Below are positions 1 through 6,403 of a stretch of 17,503 nt of DNA, one piece after another (within the stretch, counting starts at the first letter, position 1; each line of letters begins with the position of its first letter). The stretch spans positions 1 through 17,503 of the forward strand of contig JACOZN010000018.1 in the NCBI GenBank assembly GCA_016181305.1, in the 5' to 3' direction. The notes beneath the pieces are model-generated. The model saw only the letters and a program-made list of their open reading frames with translations, was not told where the DNA came from and searched no databases. The position numbers and the translations under genes were made by a program. The DNA is from Candidatus Woesearchaeota archaeon (GTDB lineage Archaea; Nanobdellota; Nanobdellia; Woesearchaeales; GW2011-AR4).

Positions 1-30
1 TTTTTTCTTTGACATTAGAAGTCATTTTAT

Positions 31-507
31 TCAAGTTGTATCAATATTTTCTCCATAAGGATGTATTAGCTTCCACCCATTTGCCCTTTTCTTTAGAGTG
101 TATACACTACTGAAATCCTTTTTTGAGCCGTCCTTGTTTGTTATTTTTATCTTGTAATCAACACCAGCTTCTTTATCATTTTGATAAGATTCTTTTGCCT
201 CGACTATGCTTACTCCTAAAGCAGTATCATAGAATTTTTCCATATTGGCTTTGAAATCGTTAAATGTATTTGCAGTCGGTTCTATTTGCTTGAAGCCGTC
301 AGAAATCAAGGAATACATGACATCGTATTGCTCATCATTCCAAGCCTGAAAATAAAGAATTACAACTTCTTCCGGAGTTAATGCAGATACATCTTCTGAA
401 GATACAGTTCTTATAGGCTGTTGTATTTGTTGCTGTGGTTGCTGTTTTGCACATGCATTGAGCAACAAAATAAAAAATAAAAAAAATGAAAATTTTTTTG
501 CTTTCAT
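31..507 (-). CDS. Predicted lipoprotein with a Gln-rich linker and a small alpha+beta domain (NTF2-like/DUF4878-like, tentative)
   Basis: ORF 31..522. The start is re-assigned to MKAKK (507), preceded by GTGAGG overlapping the upstream stop. Basic N-terminus, hydrophobic stretch and lipobox-like LLNA-C. The pattern 'TPEEVVILYFQAWNDEQYDVMYSLIS...YTLKK..NGWKL' resembles NTF2-like lipoprotein domains. Confidence 0.6.
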   Translation of the reverse strand: MKAKKFSFFLFFILLLNACAKQQPQQQIQQPIRTVSSEDVSALTPEEVVILYFQAWNDEQYDVMYSLISDGFKQIEPTANTFNDFKANMEKFYDTALGVSIVEAKESYQNDKEAGVDYKIKITNKDGSKKDFSSVYTLKKRANGWKLIHPYGENIDTT

Positions 508-511
508 TTCC

Positions 512-970
512 TCACTTGACAATCAGCTTTCCTTTCATATTGCTGTGCCCTGAGCCGCAGAACACAGAGCAAAAGGCTGTGAAAGTGCCTTCCTTGTCTG
601 CTGTGAACTCAATTTTTACTTCTTTGCCAGGGTCAAGCCTCTCGTTTATGCCGTATTCATTGATTGAAATGCCATGCGGCACATCTGTGCTTGTAACGAG
701 CAGCCTTACTCTGTCGCCTTTATTGACTTCAATGGTTTCAGGAGTGAAGGAGAACTGCTTTGCTGTAATTTTGAACTCTTTCACGGACTCCGCTGCAGGC
801 TCGTTTCCACCCATAACTTCTGTTTCCTTAATGTTTTCTCCCGGCACAGGCATGCTGCTTTCCACAGGAGTGCCTTGGCCGACAAAATCTTCGGGCTTCT
901 CTGCAGGCGTTTGGCTGCATGCGCTTGCCAAAAACACCGCCAGCACCAAAAACAAAATTATTCTTCTCAT
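512..970 (-). CDS. Stand-alone cupredoxin lipoprotein with an intact CuA ligand set (cytochrome c oxidase subunit II C-terminal-like domain)
   Basis: H-x34-C-x3-C-x3-H-x2-M (DVPHG...CSVFCGSGHSNM), the typical 'QFSFTPETIEVNKGDRVRL' strand pattern, and lipobox FLASA-C. Start set at MRRII (970) because GAGGTG lies 6 nt upstream. Confidence 0.85.
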   Translation of the reverse strand: MRRIILFLVLAVFLASACSQTPAEKPEDFVGQGTPVESSMPVPGENIKETEVMGGNEPAAESVKEFKITAKQFSFTPETIEVNKGDRVRLLVTSTDVPHGISINEYGINERLDPGKEVKIEFTADKEGTFTAFCSVFCGSGHSNMKGKLIVK

Positions 971-976
971 GCAAAC

Positions 977-982
977 CACCTC
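977..982 (-). promoter_or_regulatory. Shine-Dalgarno site for the CuA lipoprotein gene
   Basis: GAGGTG on the minus strand, 6 nt upstream of ATG 970. Confidence 0.7.
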
Positions 983-1105
983 AACATGTTTTATTTATTT
1001 ATAATTTAGCGTGAAAACTATTGGCTTATTAAAGTTTATTTTTACGAAAAACGACTTAAAATGGCTGATTTTCGTTCATAAGGGTTAATTTTGGGTTTTT
1101 GATAT

Positions 1106-1912
1106 TCAGCCAATAACAATCACCTTGAGCAAAAACCCGACATAATAGGATATTGCTGCTGCAGCACCTCCGATAAAAACAGTCTGAAAAACAGACTTCC
1201 AAAGGTTTACCCTTGTGACATAGCTTTTTATGGCTCCGACTGCAAACAGCGCAGCAAGAGTCATAATGACGGCAATTGCAAAAGTGTTGCGCTGGAAAAA
1301 AGGGGCAAAGTACGAAAACACATAAGCAACCAGGGGAATCAGCCCTATGAGTATAAATCCTATGTAAGTTGCCATTGCTGTCTTCCAGGGCGTTTTAGGG
1401 CTCACCAGCAAGCCAAGCTCCTCTGCCATCATGGTGTCAACCCAGACTTTTTTGTTGGATGTGACTATCCTGACTGCCCTGTCCAAGTCTTTTCCCATGA
1501 AGCCTTTCCTCCTGAATATCTCCCTTATTTCCTCGCGCTCGCCGGCAGGAACAGCCTTTATCTCCCATTCCTCCCGTTTCCTTTCCCTTGCTATCAAATC
1601 GCGCTGGGTTTTCTCGCTGAGAAAATTGCCGACTGCCATTGAGAAGCCGTCTGCAACAAGATTCGCAAATCCAAGAATTATAACAACAACCGATGACAAT
1701 GAAGCGCCTGTGGCGCCTGCAACAACAGCAAAGGTGGTAACTGTGCCGTCTATTGCGCCATATACAAACTCGGCGAGGTACTGCTCCTTTGCCGCGCCAA
1801 ATACCTCCCCTTTTGCATGCTTTCTGATTAGCTCGTTTTTATGCGCCTGCTCTGCAAGCCCTATATTTTTTGCATAGTAAGCCTGGCGCGCTTTTTCTAT
1901 TCTTGACGGCAT
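1106..1912 (-). CDS. VIT1/CCC1 family Fe2+/Mn2+ transporter
   Basis: 'EFVYGAIDGTVTTFAVVAG', 'GFANLVADGFSMAVGNFLS', a Glu-rich cytoplasmic domain (ERKREEWE...EREEIREIF) and three C-terminal TMs. Start set at MPSR (1912): the track start (1951) lies inside a repeat and upstream of the TATA box. Confidence 0.9.
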   Translation of the reverse strand: MPSRIEKARQAYYAKNIGLAEQAHKNELIRKHAKGEVFGAAKEQYLAEFVYGAIDGTVTTFAVVAGATGASLSSVVVIILGFANLVADGFSMAVGNFLSEKTQRDLIARERKREEWEIKAVPAGEREEIREIFRRKGFMGKDLDRAVRIVTSNKKVWVDTMMAEELGLLVSPKTPWKTAMATYIGFILIGLIPLVAYVFSYFAPFFQRNTFAIAVIMTLAALFAVGAIKSYVTRVNLWKSVFQTVFIGGAAAAISYYVGFLLKVIVIG

Positions 1913-1934
1913 GCTGTTTAATAATGCCAACTTG

Positions 1935-1942
1935 TTTATAAA
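1935..1942 (-). promoter_or_regulatory. TATA box (TTTATAAA) for the VIT1 gene, probably leaderless
   Basis: Its 3' edge is 23 nt from the A of ATG 1912, the same spacing as several other genes here. Confidence 0.65.
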
Positions 1943-1946
1943 TGTT

Positions 1947-2040
1947 GACATGTCGGAAATCGCAAGAATGCATCAAAATAGTTACGATTTCCGAGCATAC
2001 TCAAAAACACGCTACGCAATCTAGTGCGTAGTGTTTTTGA
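1947..2040. repeat. Palindromic intergenic repeat, copy 1 (two hairpins)
   Basis: TCGGAAATCG (1953-62) / CGATTTCCGA (1985-94). Second hairpin TCAAAAACAC-g-CTACGCA...TGCGTAG-TGTTTTTGA (2001-2040). Shares a 14-nt exact block and a 20/21-nt block with 13193-13252. Confidence 0.8.
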
Positions 2041-2052
2041 CTATCTCCGGAA

Positions 2053-2139
2053 TCAGCAGAACTCGCATACTTTCTTGCTTTTGATTATTTTCTTTGATTT
2101 CCTGCTTTTTTTGCCTGATTTTTTTGGTTTTTTTGCCAT
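2053..2139 (-). CDS. Small Lys-rich protein with C-terminal CxxC (28 aa, MAKKPKKSGKKSRKSKKIIKSKKVCEFC), below the ORF-track cut-off
   Basis: Hand translation from ATG 2139 to TGA 2053-55. SD AGGTG at 2146-2150 (6-nt spacing) and a possible TATA (TTAAAATA) at 2185-2192. Confidence 0.6.
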   Translation of the reverse strand: MAKKPKKSGKKSRKSKKIIKSKKVCEFC

Positions 2140-2202
2140 TTTGAGCACCTTGTGCAAGTTACTGCAAATCAATTGATGATGTATTATTTTAATTTATCGC
2201 TT

Positions 2203-2535
2203 CTAAGAAATGTCCCTGTGGGTTTCATACAAAAATGCAGCATCCTCGTTGTGCTTTTTCAGTTCTTGTATCAAAGCCCTGAAAATGTCGCTTGAGGAGA
2301 CAATTTTATGCGTTTTAACCCATTTTGTTACAGATGCAGTTACTTTATTGCATATACCTTCTGATTCCTGCACGCTCAAGTGCGCATTCCTGCAGGCAAA
2401 GAAGCAGGAGCCGTACACTTTCCTTTCATCGTAAAGCTCTGTATGCCCCTTCCTCTTCACTATCTGCAGTATTGTCCTGCCGCTGGATTTTTTAACTGCC
2501 CTATTTATTGTTTTTTTCTTTTTTTTGCCTTTCAT
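2203..2535 (-). CDS. Stand-alone ATP-cone domain protein with a basic N-terminal tail
   Basis: 'IVKRKGHTELYDERKVYGSC...VSSSDIFRALIQELKKHNEDAAFLY' follows the ATP-cone pattern (V.KRDG..E.FD..KI ... I.T.EI...V...L......A..Y) seen in NrdR and RNRs. No catalytic domain is attached. Confidence 0.75.
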   Translation of the reverse strand: MKGKKKKKTINRAVKKSSGRTILQIVKRKGHTELYDERKVYGSCFFACRNAHLSVQESEGICNKVTASVTKWVKTHKIVSSSDIFRALIQELKKHNEDAAFLYETHRDIS

Positions 2536-2536
2536 T

Positions 2537-3247
2537 TTAGTTGAATGCTATCGTGCCGTTTGCAATAAGGACTAACAGCCAGCCTAAAAATATCAGTATT
2601 ACGCCTGTTGCTAACCTCATATAGGTTCTATTGGCTTGTTTCCATCTCTTCAATGTTTGAACTTTTGTATAGCCAAAATGAACCATAAGCAAAATTACAA
2701 CCAAAGGCATAACAAATATTACATTGTAAAATAAAAGCAAGAAGAATGCTGTAAGATTAAAGTTTTGCGATAGAAAAACAAGAATTGCAAGATAAGGACC
2801 GCCTGTGCATGGCAGCTCAACTCCTGCAACAAAAGCGCCTAGCAAAACCATAGCTGGCAAAGTAACCTTTTTTGTCATTTCATGAATTTGCTTTGCCCTT
2901 TCTGGAGGAATTGATAATGTAATGCCTTGTCCGTACCAAAAGAAATCCTTTATTTCAATTAAGCCTGCAATCACAATTAACGAACCAACAACGATAGATA
3001 TGTATTCGCTGACTCTTAATGGGACAACACTTAGGAAATATAAAATGCCCAGCCCAGCAGACAAGTAAGTGACATAAACTGCAGCGATGTATATTAAGCC
3101 GTATTTTAGCATCTCCCCTTTTGACCTGAGAGCTATCATTACAGAAATAAGCAAAATTAATACACCTATAGCACAAGGATTAATTGAATCTATTGCAGCC
3201 GTTATTAATACAGTTCCAATAGTTGGCAAAGATGTTTCGACTACCAT
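2537..3247 (-). CDS. CcdA/DsbD-beta-like transmembrane disulfide reductase (cytochrome c biogenesis family)
   Basis: About 6 TMs with the two diagnostic Pro-Cys motifs 'DSINPCAIGVL' and 'VELPCTGGPYLAIL'. Confidence 0.85.
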   Translation of the reverse strand: MVVETSLPTIGTVLITAAIDSINPCAIGVLILLISVMIALRSKGEMLKYGLIYIAAVYVTYLSAGLGILYFLSVVPLRVSEYISIVVGSLIVIAGLIEIKDFFWYGQGITLSIPPERAKQIHEMTKKVTLPAMVLLGAFVAGVELPCTGGPYLAILVFLSQNFNLTAFFLLLFYNVIFVMPLVVILLMVHFGYTKVQTLKRWKQANRTYMRLATGVILIFLGWLLVLIANGTIAFN

Positions 3248-3248
3248 T

Positions 3249-3992
3249 TTAGCCTATATTTTTGTTTATTTCTTCTACTGGTTTTTCCGTGAACACGAAT
3301 TTTATCCTGTCGCCGGGAGGCACTTCCTCGTAATGCGATATTGAATAATCTCCGGGATTTTCAATCAGATTTCCGTTGACAAAAACATAAAGCTTGGCTG
3401 GCTTCTCGTTGCATGTGTAGCCGTTGCGGGCAATTACCAAGCCCTCGCCAGTCGGGACCCTCATTTCATTGTCGGAAATAGAGCCGCCAACAGCGTGAAA
3501 GAAAGCGCCAAGGCTTGCGGCTTTCATATCAAGCAAAACCCCTTCAACATGGATTCTGTTGTCGTTATGGGCGTGCATCAAGTCAACTCCCTGCTTGTTG
3601 CTTAATCCTTTCGGCTCTGTCAACATCATTTCCCCATCACAAACCCAGATTTCAAAGTCTGCATGCCAGTGCACAGGCCCTTTTGTAATTGAAATGACGT
3701 TGAGGTGCAAGGTCACTATAACAAGATAAAGAGTTACTAATGCTACAACAATAAGAACTACGGAATACATTATTTTCTTAGCCATTTCATCCATTTTTTT
3801 GTGGAACAGAAGGATAACCGCAATCAAAACTCCGAAAGCCAAAGAGCCGTAGCCTGCAGCCTGCAATTGGGTTATAGGATAAAGCTGTGAGTGGTCCAGC
3901 ATAAACTCGTCTTCCTCGCCTTCATGTGAAAAAGCAAAATTGAGTGACAGAATCAAAATTAAGGATAATAGCAACAAAAACCTCTTTTTCAT
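3249..3992 (-). CDS. Signal-peptide and 2-TM protein with a His/Cys-containing extracytoplasmic domain (uncharacterised)
   Basis: Signal peptide ending ...NFAFS|HEGEEDE, two hydrophobic helices, then HWH...VCD...HAH...IH...TCN...VFVNG...GDRI. Function unknown. Confidence 0.7.
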   Translation of the reverse strand: MKKRFLLLLSLILILSLNFAFSHEGEEDEFMLDHSQLYPITQLQAAGYGSLAFGVLIAVILLFHKKMDEMAKKIMYSVVLIVVALVTLYLVIVTLHLNVISITKGPVHWHADFEIWVCDGEMMLTEPKGLSNKQGVDLMHAHNDNRIHVEGVLLDMKAASLGAFFHAVGGSISDNEMRVPTGEGLVIARNGYTCNEKPAKLYVFVNGNLIENPGDYSISHYEEVPPGDRIKFVFTEKPVEEINKNIG

Positions 3993-4013
3993 ATGATATA
4001 ATTTTAATCCGTA

Positions 4014-4697
4014 TTATTTAAAATTATCTTTTTTTTTGCAGATAAACATGCAATGGTCCTTCTGGAACGGCTGAAGCTCCCTGTAGTCTATTATCGTCAA
4101 TGTTTTTTCCAGCTTTTCTTTTACCTCTTTAAATATCTGCTTTGGATTCTTTGTAACGTCAATGCTTCTTGCCTTGACAGCCAACAAGGCATAACCGCCG
4201 TTCTTCAGGAATAAATCAGCATTTTTCAAAAATATTTCTACTTGATTTTTCTGGGCAACATCCTGGTAAACGACATCAGCTGTGCAGATTCTTTCTTTCA
4301 ATAAACCAGTTTTATTTGCATCTGCAAGTATTGGCGCAATATTCTTTCTCTTATAGCACAAGAAAATCAAATCCCTCATGACTCTTGGCGCAATATCAAC
4401 AGCAAATACCAAGCCTTCGCTGCCAACAATGTCAGAAACATGGCTGACAGTCGTTCCGGATGCAGAGCCGAGGTACAATACAACATCATTCTTTCTAATC
4501 CCCATATCAGGGCTTCCTTTTAAAACAGAGGCTGCGAACTTGCTCTTGAAAGCATCCCATTCCCTGTACTCAACCCCATTTTCATGAACAAGCTTCTCGT
4601 CATAAACTTTTTGCCCTTGAACAAGGTTGATAGTGTAAAGCTGCCTTCTTTTGCCTTCAGATTCATAAACCTCAAATATTTTTGACTGCTTAATCAT
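4014..4697 (-). CDS. flpA: Fibrillarin, C/D-box rRNA/tRNA 2'-O-methyltransferase
   Basis: 'EYREWDAFKSKFAA', 'VLYLGSASGTTVSHVSDIVG', 'DVVYQDVAQKNQ', 'KARSIDVT', 'L.PFQKDH'. Confidence 0.97.
   Translation of the reverse strand: MIKQSKIFEVYESEGKRRQLYTINLVQGQKVYDEKLVHENGVEYREWDAFKSKFAASVLKGSPDMGIRKNDVVLYLGSASGTTVSHVSDIVGSEGLVFAVDIAPRVMRDLIFLCYKRKNIAPILADANKTGLLKERICTADVVYQDVAQKNQVEIFLKNADLFLKNGGYALLAVKARSIDVTKNPKQIFKEVKEKLEKTLTIIDYRELQPFQKDHCMFICKKKDNFK
4015..4022 (-). promoter_or_regulatory. TATA box (TTTAAATA) embedded in the last codons of flpA, serving ORF 3249..3992
   Basis: 23 nt from ATG 3992, and overlapping the F-K-stop codons of fibrillarin. Confidence 0.5.
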
Positions 4698-5635
4698 TTT
4701 TGCCTAAACTTTTCCTCCAATTCCTTTCTAAGCCTGTCGCCTACGAATTTGCCCTGGAAATAATCAACTTTGGCTGCTATTGATATCTTGTCGGCCAATG
4801 TCCTTGCAATTTTGCCATGAATTGACTGAGGTGATTTGGCAATCAAGGCATGATTTACTATAACTCCGTGCTTTGGGGCTTTTGCGCCTGTCTTCATGTG
4901 CCTGAACAAAGCCTTTTCAGCCCCAAGAATCTGGATTGTTGAAGCAGGCATTTGGCTTAGCCTCTTAAGAGAGCCTGCATGCTCCATCAGCTTTGCTCCA
5001 ACCAAAACATCGCAGACAGCCTTTATGTTTGGGCAGAATTCGTCCATCAAGGAGGAAATGTAGTCAAACTGTACTTGTCTTAGCCTGTATAAATCGTATA
5101 TTTGCTGTGCAAGGCTTCTTATCGGCTCCAAGCCTTCCTGCTCCAAATCAGCTCCGATAGATTCATTTTGGCTTATTTTTAATTCCTTTAGAAGCTCGCT
5201 TTTTTCCTTTTCCAGAATTTCACCTACAAATTTTTCGTGATTTTCTGTTGCCCTTGAAGTTTCCGGATTATACAACTCATACCATTCCCTTAATCTTTTA
5301 ACAAGGATATTGGCTGCCTTGTCAATTTCTTCAATTGAATTGATTGCCTGTATAAGCAGAATGTCATTGCCTACAGAATTTTTGACATCAGACTTGGTTA
5401 ATTGAAGATTTTTAGCACTAAAATCGTTCAAAAATTTTTTATTTCTGAAATATAAAAGCGAGTCTTTCAGTGATTTTTCATCGGGTTCTCTTGCTGTGTT
5501 ATGCTTATTTCTTAGCGCTTCAGAGAATTTTTCTTTATTCTTATAATCTTCGGAATCCTTGAATAATATTTCATCAACTACATTAAATCTATCATCAAAG
5601 ACAAATACTCCCAGTATATTTGAAAATATGTACAT
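4694..5635 (-). CDS. nop5: Nop5 (Nop56/58) C/D-box sRNP scaffold protein
   Basis: 'LVKRLREWY', and the Nop domain 'MPASTIQILGAEKALFRH...PKHGVI...GKIARTLADKISIAAKVDYF'. ATGA overlap with flpA. Confidence 0.95.
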   Translation of the reverse strand: MYIFSNILGVFVFDDRFNVVDEILFKDSEDYKNKEKFSEALRNKHNTAREPDEKSLKDSLLYFRNKKFLNDFSAKNLQLTKSDVKNSVGNDILLIQAINSIEEIDKAANILVKRLREWYELYNPETSRATENHEKFVGEILEKEKSELLKELKISQNESIGADLEQEGLEPIRSLAQQIYDLYRLRQVQFDYISSLMDEFCPNIKAVCDVLVGAKLMEHAGSLKRLSQMPASTIQILGAEKALFRHMKTGAKAPKHGVIVNHALIAKSPQSIHGKIARTLADKISIAAKVDYFQGKFVGDRLRKELEEKFRQK

Positions 5636-5647
5636 GCAGGGAAGAAG

Positions 5648-6007
5648 TCACTGCCCTTTTTTAAAAGTGTCGCTGCCTGCACCGGCATTCCTGAACGGCA
5701 TTGACAGAAGGCATGCCAGCAGATAAGCAAAGGCCAGGTCCAGCAGCAAAGCCGGCAGATTAAACAGCTGGCTTCCGGTTTCGGTGAAATAGGCTCCTAA
5801 AGGGAGGGTTTTTATGTGCCCAACCGCATTGCCAATATCGCCGTTTACCATGTATAAAAACGGGAAGCCATGGGCCTTATAGCAAAACGCAAATAAAAAG
5901 CCGACAGCGCAGGCATCCTCAACTGCAAAGTATAGGTAAAGAACGCCTATGAATATGAATGCCAGTATCTTCAAAGTGCCGGGCTTTATGAACTGAATGA
6001 ATTTCAT
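5648..6007 (-). CDS. Hypothetical membrane protein
   Basis: 119-aa ORF with hydrophobic helices, first in a tight run with nop5 (12-nt gap), TATA 23 nt upstream. No recognisable motif. Confidence 0.65.
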   Translation of the reverse strand: MKFIQFIKPGTLKILAFIFIGVLYLYFAVEDACAVGFLFAFCYKAHGFPFLYMVNGDIGNAVGHIKTLPLGAYFTETGSQLFNLPALLLDLAFAYLLACLLSMPFRNAGAGSDTFKKGQ

Positions 6008-6029
6008 TCTGAATTGAAAGAAACCGGAT

Positions 6030-6076
6030 TATTTAAAATTATCGGAGCAAGCTGTAATATTCAAAAAATTAATAAA
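6030..6076. promoter_or_regulatory. Divergent TATA boxes: TTTAAATA (6030-37, minus strand) and TTAATAAA (6069-76, plus strand)
   Basis: Each lies 23 nt from the flanking ATG (6007 and 6099). Confidence 0.55.
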
Positions 6077-6098
6077 CAAAGGATTATATTGCAGATGC

Positions 6099-6401
6099 AT
6101 GGCGCTTGCTTACATAACCTGCAAAGACAGGAACGAGGCTGAGAAAATATCAATGCACTTGTTAAAAAAAAGGCTGGTAGCGTGCGCAAACATATCTCCC
6201 ATAAAAAGCATGTACTGGTGGGAAGGAAAAATTGTTAGTCAGAAAGAGCACTTAATTATTGCAAAAACCAAGGACAATAAGTTCAAAAGGCTGGTCAATG
6301 AAACCAAAAGAATTCATTCCTATTCAATTCCGTGCATTTTAAGGCTGGATGCCGCTCCAAACAAGGAATATGAGCAATGGGCAAATAAGGAAATAAGGTA
6401 A
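6099..6401 (+). CDS. cutA: Divalent-cation tolerance protein CutA
   Basis: 'AYITC...EAEKIS..LLKKRLVACANI..SMYWWEGKI...E...IAKT...HSYSIPCI'. Confidence 0.93.
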   Translation: MALAYITCKDRNEAEKISMHLLKKRLVACANISPIKSMYWWEGKIVSQKEHLIIAKTKDNKFKRLVNETKRIHSYSIPCILRLDAAPNKEYEQWANKEIR

Positions 6402-6403
6402 AT

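Noticed and set aside
1-25. Possible start of another minus-strand gene running off the left edge (ATG at 25 or 15)
   Set aside because: At most 8 codons are visible and there are two competing frames, so it cannot be supported.
486-1009. Plus-strand ORFs 486..1004 and 674..1009
   Set aside because: Antisense shadows of the CuA gene, with no motif.
1044-1075. ACGAAAA...TTTTCGT inverted repeat between VIT1 and the CuA gene
   Set aside because: A 7-bp AT-rich stem with an 18-nt loop, too weak to call as a terminator or operator.
1913-1951. N-terminal extension MSTFINKLALLNS of VIT1
   Set aside because: The ATG comes from the repeat's ACATGT and lies upstream of the TATA box.
2173-2200. TGATGA as box C of a C/D sRNA (also at 15054 and 15087), prompted by nearby flpA/nop5
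   Set aside because: No CTGA box D at a suitable distance and no terminal stem.
4694-5635. Nop5 looks short (313 aa, no KKE tail)
   Set aside because: Compact archaeal Nop5 proteins are known, and both the N-terminal and Nop domains are present.
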